Assembly: GCA_965213685.1 (NCBI GenBank) | Contig: CBDBZY010000064.1 | Coordinates: forward strand, 672,001-736,000 | DNA from: a bacterium | GTDB lineage: Bacteria; UBA8248 | Reading direction: 5' to 3' | Length of the DNA: 64,000 nt | Shown here: positions 1-11,608 of the stretch, piece by piece | Layout: each line of letters starts with the position of its first letter | Numbering within the stretch: the stretch's first letter is position 1 | Made by a program: the position numbers and the translations under genes | Notes under the pieces: generated by a model | Told to the model about the DNA's origin: nothing | Seen by the model: only the letters and a program-made list of their open reading frames with translations | Database searches by the model: none

Positions 1-2
1 GC

Positions 3-3000
3 TTTAAAAGACAGCGGATAGAGTAGCAGGAGCAAGGGGGGAATAATGACTAATACAGTCAGAAAAATGATGGCTGTTGTTGCATACTTCAAATGCTCTG
101 CACCCAGATAGTCCATGTGCCCACTACGATACACAACTGACTTCTCACATGACAGACCTTGGGAAAACAAGCAGAATTTGTTTAGGATTTGGAATGATAC
201 TCGAGCGCACTGGGAATAACACAGCATGAAGAAGGCTGAAAAACCATGAATAAGGACACTCCTAGGCTTGTACATCTTCAGAAAGTAACAAAGTTTTCCA
301 CATTTTCCTCTGCTGATAAGGATCGTTAACAAAACTAGGCCTAAGGCAACACCAACAGTCACATACTTCATCACCAATGCATCCATCACCGTAGCACTTT
401 TCCACAAACAGAACGATAGGGACTCTAAGCTGAAAAAGTCTAAGTTAAAGAAACGATAGACAAAATGTTGTACATGGCGAATCATGACAACAAACTGTGG
501 GAATTCTATTGCACCATTTGCATCAGTCGAAAGAGAGTCAAGGATCTGTGCAAACAGTACAAAACAACTTATGTTGCCATGTGTGAAGCTTATGTTGAAG
601 ATTATTATGGCAATGAAGCAGAGTGTGAGGGGAAATACCTCTGACAGAATGTAGAACAACCAGCCCAAGTGGCACAGATTGTCCTCACCACATTTGTACT
701 TCCAGGAATGGAAATGGACTGAGTGATTGGGTGCACATTTGCCACACACTCTTCCTGTTCTTGTGGGGCCACATATGAATTGATCTAATTCAGCTGATGA
801 ATTTGGTAGAGTATGTGTATAGGAGGATGACCTTTTGGTAGTATTATATGAGCAGAATCCATATGGACAGTATGCTGTGCAGAGCTTTGTGATGTCACTT
901 TCATCACAGTATCCCATCCAAAAGCCATTGATTAATAGAGCATTAGGATCACACCTTGCTATACCAAAGTACTCTGTTGCTGCACACTCACATCTTCCAC
1001 TCTGGTTATTGTGAGAGTATCCTGGTGGGCATGACACTAACATTATGTCCAAAATCAAAGTAACATCATATACTTCCAACATCAAGCTTGCAGAATAATT
1101 AGTAGTTCCCAAGACGTTAATTTTATTGTGAGACACTTGACCATATGCAGGGTCTACCATAACACCACCACCCTTTGACCTTATGGAAGCTCTGTAGACT
1201 ACGTCTGAGACTTTGTTGCTGGCTTCATCGGTGACATTTATGGCTAAAGAATATTCCGAGCCTGGAATCACTTCAAAGGGAAGGTTTTGTGACACATTGA
1301 AATTTACTGGGAATGTGGCAATTAATGAGGAGTTGCTGTTATTCCCATCATCAAAGTGAAAGTCACCAATGCAAGCCAGAATGTCCTGAGGGGATGAAAC
1401 ATGTGTGTCACTACAGTATTTCTTGCAAGGATGAAAAGAGGTTGCATATATTGAGTTACTGTTAGCATTTTGAGCACTGTTTTTAATAAAGTGAAATTCA
1501 GTGTTTGTCAATGGGTGCTCTGGGGAGTTGGGCTGAATGAGGCAGTTTTGGTAAGAGAGTTGTGGGATGAGGGTTTGAGAAAATATTGCACCTCCAGATA
1601 AAGATGCGGTATTACTCACAAAACAGAAGGTAGAGTCGTTGTGAATGTGAAGATTTGAAAATGCATACATTGCAATGGCACCACCATTGATTCCAGAGTT
1701 CATTGTGAATTCTACCTCAGAATGCTGGCTGAACTCCAGCACACTACCAGACAGGTAGACTGCTGAACCACTGTTGTTGACAAAGACTATGTTCTGTTCA
1801 AATGTCACCTTACATTGGCTGATGAATACTGTCCCGAACCCTGAAATACGTTTTCTGGTACTATTGCTTAATTTGACTGAGCGATGGGAAGCTTTGTTCA
1901 TAGAGAATGTGCAGTTGGAAAAGGATATATCTGACAGCACTCCTTGTTTGGTGTAGTCCCAGATACCAGGTGAGATGTACACAGCAGCTCCTGTTGGGGA
2001 ATGGTTGTTTGTCCAGACACTCTTCACAAAACGCACTGTGTTGTTTTGGGCCTCATGTTGTTTGGTACTGAAAACAGCTAATCCTCCACCCATTTTGGCA
2101 TAGTTGTGATGGAATTTGCACCTCTGGCACAAGAATGAGTTGTAATCAGGGACCATCTGCTTCACATCAGACTGCTTGTAGAGCATTAATCCAATTGCAA
2201 TTCCTCCACCTCCGTAGAGAGTGCACTCATTATCCCTAAATGCTGAGTTGTGAAGAGCAACACTGTTGTTTTTTGGAGAGTTTAGCCATTCCGCATTGAG
2301 TCCCCCACCCCATAGCCTAGCTGAGTTGCTTCTAAACATAGTGTCCTTAATGATAACAGTGTTGTATGATGAGCTATCGAAATATCCGATGTAAAGTCCA
2401 CCACCCCAGTATGCTGCATGGTTATGCTGGAAGACACACTGAACAATGTGTATAACATTATTGGAGGTATTAGACCCAATTTTTATGTACATCCCACCAC
2501 CTTGCCCACTGCTTGGAACAACTGAATGTGGTGTGTAATATTTCACTGTTTCATTCATTTTATCACCTGCATAGTTGTGTGCAAAGGTAGTGTTGCGTAT
2601 GGTGTATGTGGCGTCTCTACCAACACTCTCACACTGTGTACAGTTGCAAGGGGTACAGCTAGTGAACTTAATGTTTAGTCCACCCCCTCCAGCTGTTAAT
2701 GGATGCTTCATTGAGTTGGTGTGAAGAGCACAATTTTCAATTGTCACCACTCCATTTGTGTTGTGAACAGAAAGACCTGTACCATTGGAGTGTGTTAGAA
2801 CTACATACCGTATATTCAAGTGGATGCAGTTGAGAATGTACAAGGCAGAGTTGAGGAACAAAGCCGTATTTGATTCTGCATCATAGCTATCATGCTGCAC
2901 TCCACAGTGCTGGAGAGTCACTGACGAAATAGTAAGATTCTGAATACAAGCAAAATACAAACCAGCATCTGGCATACTGCAGTTGATTACTATTCCAGTA

Positions 3001-3308
3001 CTGGTATTTGCTGGTGTGAGAGTGAGATCAGTGAATTGAAAAAACTTCACATGTGATGTCATGTTCAGGTGAGGACTGTGAACTTCAATCACCAGTGGGC
3101 TGTTCTTCAATTGCTGTAAGTTGTTAGCGACAAATTCAAGAGACTTGCACATATGCTCTGAAGAATTTGAAATCAAACATGTTTCATTATCAAATCCATC
3201 CTTGCCATCGATGTAGACAAAATGCCCTTTATCAGATGTACTGCTAACATTCCAAGACATCCAAACCACTAGCAGAAGAGCTAGAGTACCACTCTTTACA
3301 ATGGCCAT
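3..3308 (-). CDS. Signal-peptide, right-handed beta-helix (Pmp-like GGA/FxxN repeat), Cys-rich, multi-pass membrane receptor-like protein; 3' end outside window
   Basis: Hand translation from ATG 3308: MAIVKSGTLALLLVVWMSWNVSS (signal-like), VYIDGKDGFDNETC...CKSLEFV, repeated FxxN..GGG(L/I) motifs (FQHNHAAYWGGGLYI, FRSNSARLWGGGLN), then hydrophobic segments GWLFYILSEVFPLTLLFIAIIIFNISF...IIPPLLLLLYPLSFK in the same frame at the window edge (~1102 codons). Middle part not checked codon by codon; missing from the ORF track, presumably because there is no stop in the window. Confidence 0.85.
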   Translation of the reverse strand, partial: MAIVKSGTLALLLVVWMSWNVSSTSDKGHFVYIDGKDGFDNETCLISNSSEHMCKSLEFVANNLQQLKNSPLVIEVHSPHLNMTSHVKFFQFTDLTLTPANTSTGIVINCSMPDAGLYFACIQNLTISSVTLQHCGVQHDSYDAESNTALFLNSALYILNCIHLNIRYVVLTHSNGTGLSVHNTNGVVTIENCALHTNSMKHPLTAGGGGLNIKFTSCTPCNCTQCESVGRDATYTIRNTTFAHNYAGDKMNETVKYYTPHSVVPSSGQGGGMYIKIGSNTSNNVIHIVQCVFQHNHAAYWGGGLYIGYFDSSSYNTVIIKDTMFRSNSARLWGGGLNAEWLNSPKNNSVALHNSAFRDNECTLYGGGGIAIGLMLYKQSDVKQMVPDYNSFLCQRCKFHHNYAKMGGGLAVFSTKQHEAQNNTVRFVKSVWTNNHSPTGAAVYISPGIWDYTKQGVLSDISFSNCTFSMNKASHRSVKLSNSTRKRISGFGTVFISQCKVTFEQNIVFVNNSGSAVYLSGSVLEFSQHSEVEFTMNSGINGGAIAMYAFSNLHIHNDSTFCFVSNTASLSGGAIFSQTLIPQLSYQNCLIQPNSPEHPLTNTEFHFIKNSAQNANSNSIYATSFHPCKKYCSDTHVSSPQDILACIGDFHFDDGNNSNSSLIATFPVNFNVSQNLPFEVIPGSEYSLAINVTDEASNKVSDVVYRASIRSKGGGVMVDPAYGQVSHNKINVLGTTNYSASLMLEVYDVTLILDIMLVSCPPGYSHNNQSGRCECAATEYFGIARCDPNALLINGFWMGYCDESDITKLCTAYCPYGFCSYNTTKRSSSYTHTLPNSSAELDQFICGPTRTGRVCGKCAPNHSVHFHSWKYKCGEDNLCHLGWLFYILSEVFPLTLCFIAIIIFNISFTHGNISCFVLFAQILDSLSTDANGAIEFPQFVVMIRHVQHFVYRFFNLDFFSLESLSFCLWKSATVMDALVMKYVTVGVALGLVLLTILISRGKCGKLCYFLKMYKPRSVLIHGFSAFFMLCYSQCARVSFQILNKFCLFSQGLSCEKSVVYRSGHMDYLGAEHLKYATTAIIFLTVLVIIPPLLLLLYPLSFK

Positions 3309-3559
3309 CCTCTGGACTGCTCTTAACTAAAATGCAGTACATGGCATAGTGCTATTTATACCACTTCATGCACAGAATTGTGACTTACTGCACCTTTTGT
3401 GTAGGCTTGGGACAGCATCATGAATACTGAACACTTTCATTGTTTCTTCATGTATCCAAAAACACTCAGTTGCTTATGCTTGGGAACAACAGAAGCGTTT
3501 CTAAACTGTCATCTAAAAGAGTCATCTGTTCAGTGATGGAGAGGGACCATGCAATGCAA

Positions 3560-3990
3560 CAGTAAGATTCTAAACACAAGCAAAAGACAAACCAGCATGT
3601 ACCGCAGTCAACTACTATTCCCATACTTCAGTTTGCTGGTGTGAGAGTGAGATACAGTGAATTGAACAAACTGCACATGTGATGTCACATTAAATTTAGT
3701 ACTGTGATTTTAAATCAAAAGTGGACTGTTCTTCAACTGTCATGAGTTGTTAGTGATGAATGCAAGAGATTTGCATATACACTCTGAAAAAGTTTTCATT
3801 ATCAGATCCACCTTTGCCATCAATGTTGACAAAATTCCTTCTGTTCGATGTACTACTAACATTTTAAAGCATCCAAACCTCTAGCAGGAGAGCTAGAGTA
3901 CTTCTATTTACAAAGGCCATCCTCTATGTTACTCATACATGAAAGAGTGCTATATATATATACCACTTTGTGTGCACAGACTTGTGGTTG
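3560..3990 (-). pseudogene. Degenerate tandem duplicate of the 5' end and promoter of the 3..3308 gene
   Basis: Aligns by eye to ~2930-3390 (agtaagattc, tttgctggtgtgagagtgagat, gagctagagtac, ggccatcctct with ATG at 3920, TATA-like block) with indels. Confidence 0.8.
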
Positions 3991-4002
3991 CTAAACTGAG
4001 AA

Positions 4003-4944
4003 CAGGCCCGTACGCAGGGGGGGTTCGGGGGGGTTCGGACGAACCCCCCTTTCCGCAGGCATACCCTTAATTGCCGTTAGAAAGCTGTGCAGAACTCCGG
4101 GAAGCTTCACCTCACGCCCGGCGAATTCTACAGGGACCAGTTCACGATGCACAACGGGGCTACGCTGATTACCGCTCAGTTCTGGGATCGATGAACTGTG
4201 AAGGCGGGCCGGTGCCACAGGCCATGGCCGCCCCAGTTTTTGGCCCCCTCCCCCAATATTACGATATCTTCAAGCCCAGATACGTAGTCGGCACCTCGAA
4301 AAGTTCAATTCGCTGCCAGGCGATTATCGCGTCGTATGCACGTGCAGATTCTTACGCATGCTACAGAAGAAGGCGTGGTGTTCCTAGTCACGTTTCCAGA
4401 TGCAAAGGTGCGTGGATGCCGTTTCCTCTCTTTCAGAGAGCACGCTATCAGACGTAACTTCGCAGCCGCTTTCACCTCTGAACAGGGACATAGCCGCTAA
4501 TACGTTTGGTTTCAAGCGAATAGCTTTCTGCCATCACTAGATCTAAATTACTATGTTGCATGCATGTACAGTTGCTCACTAACTTTAGCCGTACAAACTA
4601 ACATGCAATTTACTCTTGCAGTATTACCCCCAAATTGCTCTAGATGCGATCTCAGCATGACTAAAATTCAAAAATTTTCTGGGGGGGCATGCCCCCAGAC
4701 CCCCCTATACTAGGGCGCGCTTCGTGCGCCACAACTCTCGCCAGCGTATCAGTTCATACTCGAGTTCTACACCCTGCTTCACGGCCACCCCACTTTAAAA
4801 AAGCTGGCGCCGGCCCTGGAAGGCGAAAAGCGTGGTTTTGCTGCCACTTGACGGTGCGTGTGTAGTTCAGGATAGACCGCATTATCAGCAATTTGCCAAA
4901 GAAGTTATCGAACCCCCCTTTTAAGAATCCTGCGTAGGGGCCTG
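4003..4944. mobile_element. Non-autonomous DNA transposon with CAGG termini and 5-bp TSD (hAT-like); contains nested element 4205-4818
   Basis: TIR caggcccgtacgcagg / cctgcgtaggggcctg, flanked by gagaa on both sides. Inner element cgggccggtgcca...tggcgccggccctg flanked by gaagg. Confidence 0.75.
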
Positions 4945-5959
4945 GAGAAGAGGTACATGTATAGGGCACCTGATACGTATAATGGGCATACTTATAACAG
5001 GTGTGTAGATAAATTTGGGGAAGGGCCTCACAGATTGCTATGCTTATTACTGCACTCACTTATGTAGTTTGAAACAGCAACATCTCAATTAGAAATAGTG
5101 AAATTAACTTTTGTTGCTCATTGCATGTATCTACAAAAACCCAATTGTTTATGATATGGGAGCAACAGAACAGTCATCTTCTTACAGTTCTATATAGGCC
5201 ACTTCATGGTCTGTCTATGTTGTATTCCCATTAACCTACAAAATGGTGGTCTACAATCTCATTACCTTTGACTACATTCACACCAGCACCACCCAAGCAC
5301 TCTCCCACTGATAATGATGACTCGAACGGATGAATGTTAGGATAATAAATGCTAGGAGATTTAATGCACATGCGCAAACTCGTGCTTCTTGTTACATTAT
5401 GTACTAAGTGGAAACAGTAATAAACTGTGGGGCCGGGCTCAGAAGAGAAGAAAACGCAGAAAGTAGCTACTAAGCGCTTACTCCATGTGTATGCATGTCT
5501 GTTATTCGCTCACACACAGCAGGTACATTATGAATAATGAGCATCACAACCGTTGGTCTAGGTCCTGCAGACTCGGGACCTGTGGTACTGACTCCGGCAC
5601 ACCTGTACATCTGCTGTGTACATCATACATGGTGCTGGATGACTACCTATTGCATCATCCTGATTAATAATGACTACCTGCAGTTGCAAAACTACAAGTG
5701 CAAGTCTTGCTACAATGGGTCAGAATGCCTAAGTGCATGTCGCGTAGATGCATTGAGTATTAGGCACATTACAAGCTGCCCTCCAGTATATATACCTCTC
5801 AATAGCTCTTCAAACTTCATGCAACTACATAATGCACATGATAGACATGTATGTGTGTGCTCAATGTACTCTTCACGCACCATGAAGTTTGACTCATGCT
5901 TTTATCATGTGCAGAGGATGTTATGATTGTAACAATACTGGTACACTGTATTCTGAACA

Positions 5960-8154
5960 TAGTCTGGTTAGCAAATGGACTTACCTTTTCCAAACCATCC
6001 CAGACATCAACAGCATCTTAGATCCTTTGGAACTCACCCTCAGGACCAAATTCATCCCTGCCTTGACAGGAAGGCCACCCTCTAATGATCAAGAATGCAA
6101 CTTGTTGCCTCGGAGGTCTTGGCTCAATGAATCCAGTGAAACAGTCTGCCATGGCGCTCTCTGCCTCTCAAAGGATCTCTGGACCCTTGAAAGTCTGTAT
6201 TACCCAGCAGATCCCTGAAATCCCATTTGAGGCTTGGGAGGAACAAAATATATACTCAAGAGGCTGCCCTAGCAATCCTGCCTTTGACAACGCGCCCAGT
6301 GCAGGTGGAGCCAGTTTTACGTGAACGTACACATAACAAATTGTTGGTTATACATGGAGATAGCTTACCTGTCACTCTCCCTGAGTGACTGCACTTACCA
6401 AACCTACCTCTTCTCTGCCCCCCAACCACAGTGCCATCCCTTGGATCCCCAGCCGAGGACTGAGACTGAGGCTGGGTAGAGCATGGTTCTCCGTATAATT
6501 TAACCTCCCATAAATTGATTATATACTCCTTCACTGAAGCAAGCATAGAATCGAAATTCTCTGTCTAAAGCTTAAGCTCACAACCTAACGCAAAAGAATC
6601 CCTCTCAATAGCTTCAAAGTCTTTAAAAGCCTCTCCTAATGTGGCCCTAAGCTTAACCATGAACTCATTCCTACTATCCTTGTAAGCAGGACACTCCCAT
6701 AATACATGGACAATGCTCTCACACTCAATGCCACATAAAATACACTCAGTCATGCCCTTCCTTCCCCTATGCTTACCTAACTCCTCATTCAAACCATGTG
6801 TTCCTGACCTAAACTTAAACAACAGTCTAGTTCCAGCATCACTAACCCCATGAAGGTACCTCTTGAACTCTACTTCCTTAACAAATGTTTTATACAACTC
6901 TAACCTAACCTTGCTATTCAATCCTTCCACATATTCCTTACTTTTCCTATTACTTACACATTCATTCACATTTGACAAAAACAGGCTTAATGGACATTGC
7001 CCCTTCTGAATATCATCCAACAATTCTCCCTTATGCAATCCTAGCACATCAAATAATTCATCTACATACTTATTCCAAGGCTTCCTCTGTCTTCCTCTAC
7101 GTGGCTTCACCTTCCATTCCTGATTAAAAAGCCACCTCGATACCTCCTTACTAGCATCGATGCTAGTTTGTACCACCACCTAAGCTTAGCTTTGTCTCTA
7201 TGACTCTTCAAGGTTTCTAAACCCATGTCTCTTCTAACTGCCTCATAACAACAGCAGGCCAAAACTGAAATCCACACAGAGAGACGTTCACTGGAATTTG
7301 AAAGAACTTCTGTCTTAATTCTCTTCCTAATTTCCTTCAACAGTCAATGTCCCTAGCTCAAGAGAGAGGAGCCTCAAGCTGGCGGACTGCCCTACCCATT
7401 TCAGAATTAGGCTTTGCTTTGCACAAAGGGGCTTTTCATGATGCTCCGTGTTTGCGGTACGGATGGCAACTGGCACGGACACCAGAAAGTGCGACTGTGG
7501 CCATCAATTTTCTGTGGAACATGCTCTATCATGCCCTATGGGGGGTTTCCATCTCTGAGACATAATGAGATTCGGGATCTCACTGCAAATCTCCTCTCTG
7601 AGGTGTGCAATAACATTTCCATCGAACCCCACCTGCAACCATTAGCTGAAGAGCACCTCTTTCAAGCCACAGCCAATTTGCAAGATGGTGCACGTTTGGA
7701 TGTGGCTGCAAACAGATTATGGGGGGGTCGTTATGAGCAAACCTACCTTGACATCAAGGTATTTAACCCCTTAGCTCCCTCTAACCGGCATTGTAACCCT
7801 TCTTCTTGCTATCGCAAACACGAAAACCAGAAGAAAAGAGAGTATGAGCAAAGAATCCTGGAGACCGAGCATGCCTCCTTCTCACGAATTGTGCTGGCAT
7901 GTACTGGAGGTCTTGGGGCATATTGCTACATCTACTTACAAACGCATAGCCTCCTCCTTGCAGACAAGTGGGATCAAGCCTACAGCTCCACAATGTGCTG
8001 GCTTAGATGTATACTGTCTTTTTCACTACTTCAATCATCCATTCAAGCTATTCGTGGATCACGTTCTTCAGCAGGCAGAGCCCTCATATCAAGCTACCCT
8101 CTCATCGACCGGGCGATCTCTGAGTCACGGGTGTCGCCTCGCTGCGGTGCCTGA
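5960..8154 (+). mobile_element. CRE-like non-LTR retrotransposon 3' half (RT thumb + restriction-like endonuclease), frameshifted and interrupted
   Basis: KWTYLFQTIPDI..LDPLE..FIPALTGR, then SLAQERGASSWRTALP and RHNEIRDL...ARLDVAANRLWGGRYEQTYLDIKVFNP, as in CRE-clade elements; several frameshifts. Confidence 0.8.
6250..7246 (-). mobile_element. 5'-truncated LINE (L2/CR1-like) 3' end inserted into the CRE relic
   Basis: ORF 6565..7179 with LLFKFRSGTHGLNEELG..CILCG..ESIVHVLWECPAY (RT-associated C-terminal Zn motif); CRE coding similarity resumes after ~7247. Boundaries approximate. Confidence 0.7.
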
Positions 8155-8468
8155 ACTCTGTGGCATTTTATAGGTGGACACTAAGCTCACTGATTTCAAA
8201 CAGTTTTGGCAATTGGCTGCTTGTTTATTGTTCTATTTTTTAACAGCTTATTTGGTTTATTATGCACTTGTACAGTTCCACTTCCTTTTCCTTGTTTCTT
8301 CTCTCTGCATTTGTCTGCCTGTTTATCCCTTCTCAAAATTAACTGAGCATAGTCTCGCGAGCCATACGTATTTTGCGCAACGCACGCAGTGTGCGCAGGA
8401 AAAGGGGGAGGGAAGAAAACATGTCGGACAGAACTTTGCGTAAAAGTGATGTAATTGCCATGATGTAC

Positions 8469-8546
8469 AGCGCAAACGCCAGCCCGTTGACCTCTGACCC
8501 TAGCCCCAGCGCAAACGCAAATCCGTTGACCTCTGACCCTAGCCCC
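8469..8546. repeat. Two-copy ~39-bp direct repeat
   Basis: agcgcaaacgc...ccgttgacctctgaccctagcccc occurs twice in tandem. Confidence 0.8.
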
Positions 8547-8949
8547 ACCTACCACGACTGAGCCCCACCCACATAGAAAATGCCAAGGCTAATGGTGAGT
8601 GCCGTGGTGTGCACAAAACAGGATATTGGTACACACTGATATTAGAAAGTGTGGGAAGCAAAAGGAGAAGTGAAAGTGGCTGAGTGGATTAGAGGAAGTT
8701 TGCAAGACAGTGTCATGTGGTAGGACTAGAAGTTGCAATCATGTACTGATAAAAGTAATGGGCACTCTGCTGTTTGTCACCATTAGATAAAGGCAAACAA
8801 GCTGTGTGTGTCTTTACCATGCAGTAAGCTAGTCTCGCGAGCCAGACCCTTGTAAATCGGGGGTCTGGCTCGGTGACAAGAGCAGCTTCAAGACTTGACA
8901 GTTCAGCCTGGGTGAGCTATGAGTAGCTATATGACTGTAATGTATGAAT

Positions 8950-11450
8950 GTAATGTCTTTATGGAGCCAGAAGTTGTGTTGGTTCATTGGTAGGGCAGTC
9001 AGCCAGGCAGAAGCTCCACGTTGACTGATTAGGGTCAAAGAGAGACTTAAACTTGGGAAAACTTCACTCATTAAAGATTCTCTCTTTAACTCATTTTGGC
9101 TCCTTAGGTTACGTTTCACTCCAATGGCCTGTTCATAAGCGTAAGAGATATATGAACTTTCTTCTGGTTGTAAAATAGCCTCTTGCAGAGGAGAACAAAT
9201 TTGTACAGCTGCTTCATAGGCCTGTTGGGATTAAGATGCTGGATTTGGTATATGCCCAGCCCTCCTAGGTGGACTGGAAGTTCAAGGACTGTCCGTACTA
9301 CTTCACTCAAAGCTGTTTGGCCTGTGATGGATGGTAGCAGCCTGTGACAAATGGCTTCCTCCAAGGGTTGGAATAGGTGTGACGTGTTTGGAATTGTGCG
9401 TTGAAGATAAGTCCCCATTTGGACATGACACCATGTGCGAGAGCTGAGTAGGCAGCATGTGGCTGGGATTGAGCAGTGTTACAGAGTGTGTCCAGCACTT
9501 TTATCCAGCCAGACACCTTGGAGGAGACAAACTCGTCAACAAAACATTGTTGACCTATGGCTGCCCCAAGATAAGGGCGACCTTTGTCTGAGATCTGAAT
9601 GCCTGTATTGGGGAACACATTGTGTGCTTGTTCGACTAAGTGGGGGTTGACGACTAGCCAGCACTTGTTGACATTGACTTCATACCCAAAGCATGGGCCC
9701 AGGCTATCCCACCATTCACAAAGGTTGGTGAGGCGGAAAGCTGCAGCTGAGTCATCTGCAAACCATATCTGGGTAGTATTGGCACCTTTCTGGTTGGGCT
9801 TTCTGAATAGAGGTGTAGCCCCTAGAGCATACATGGCCATACCGAGGGGGTCGCCTTGTGTTGTGCCCTCTTTGGACCAAATAATTTTGCCATTTGACAT
9901 GTGCATTGCTACGGGATCTTGATAGCAGTTGATTAAGATGTGAGCCAATGATGGACAAATAGTCTGAGTATTACGAAGGGTTGCCTGTCAGTTCAGTTGA
10001 TTGAATGCATTTGTGGTGTCAACCAACAAGACTCCTTCTGTAGAGAACCTCTCAAAGAGAGAACGCAGAGCGTGTACTCCTACTTCAAAACCTGCTAGTT
10101 GACCAGCACAGAGTTGAGTTGGGCCTGTGGCTTGCATGATGTCATCCTTGACTATAAGGCCATGATAGCCTTTCCAATTATTCTCCTAACAACTTCACAG
10201 ATACCAATTGGTCAAATACCAGGGGATTTGTCAGGCAACAAGAATTGTATGCTTCTACACCTTCAGGGTGCAAATAGGAGGTGCAGAGATGATGAGCCAT
10301 GTGAGCTAAGGCTTTGCACAAGTCAGAGGAAGAGCGACCAAAGGAACAACATAGGCATCTCCAACCTGCAGCATCTATCCCTGAAGGCCCGGCACCCCCT
10401 TTTGTACACAGAGCTGCAGATCAAATGGATGATTCATTAATCCTGGATTGGATGAGGGCCAGGAGAGGGAACATTCTGCAAGTGAATCAGTACTGGCTTG
10501 TTGGCTATCTGGGTGCTTTTCTTTGAGGAGTTCCATCACAGATCTCTTGGTACCTCCGGGAACCTCCACAATCTTGGAAGGGTTTAAAAGGCTGCTGCTG
10601 GAGTCCTCTGACAGCAGTTGAAGATTGAGCACCTTGAATCTTCCCAGAGGACATGAGATGTGCAAACCTTACAGCCAGACATGATTCACTTGTTTCGAAA
10701 GATCTATAATTTGGAAGGTATATATTTCTGAATTGTTCTTCCCACTTGGATAAGATCATTCATCCTACCCTCCTTCCAGAGAATTAATTGCTTGCTAAGG
10801 CACCGGCTGTGTTCTTTGCATGGTGTTTGATTTTCAGGATGGTTTCTGGAGTAGAAGTACTGGGGCAGTCATTGCAGCCTTAAGGGCGATACATTCCATT
10901 GCCATGGCTTGTGTAAATGCTTCGAATAATCTGGTAAGCTCATCTACAAATGACTCTTCAACAGCACCAGTTGGAACAAGAGATATATTCCGACGCCATG
11001 ACCTAGTTTCCTTGTAAGCTGCCGTTGTGGCAGCACAAAATTCAGGGCCATCAACACATCGTTCTCCTTTTCCCCACTTAAACAGTGGCGGAGAGAGTGG
11101 CTCTGGGGAAGGGAGGGGAGGTACTTGCTCTTCGCGCTGCGGCAGAGGTGGCGCTGATGTGCCCTGCGATGGTGTTGGCACTGACAATGGTAGATCAGTC
11201 GGAGATAGCGACGTGCCCTGCGATGGCGATGGCGATGGCAATGGCGATGAAGAGAGTACCTCATTCGAGGGAGGTGACGTTGACTGGTCAAGTCCGAGAG
11301 TCCGCTAATTTGGAACGGTATTTTGGCATCTCTGCTTTCTTGACGGCAAGCAGTTCGTGCAAATGCGCTTGTAGTCACAGCGAACACAACGACTACTATA
11401 CCGTTACACCGACAGCAGGTCATCTAGCTTACTGTTCAAAAACTCCTAGC
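8950..11450 (-). mobile_element. Second CRE-like non-LTR retrotransposon relic (reverse transcriptase), multiply frameshifted
   Basis: ORF 9307..9948 has EGTTQGDPLGMAMYALG and QIWFADDSAA (RT motifs); upstream WRRNISLVPTGAVEESFVDEL..LLLQKP; downstream QRGASAWLTALP. Confidence 0.85.
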
Positions 11451-11608
11451 TGCTAGACTCTACATTACACACTACATTATCTATGGTCCCATGATAGAAT
11501 CATGGCAATTACATCACTTTTACGCAAAAATCTGCACGACCATCCTCATTACGGATGTACGTATAACTAACAACACAGGGTCTTAGTGCAGTGACTCCTC
11601 GATTCTTC

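Noticed and set aside
4071-4457. 128-aa ORF
   Set aside because: Spans the junction of nested MITEs; no recognisable motif.
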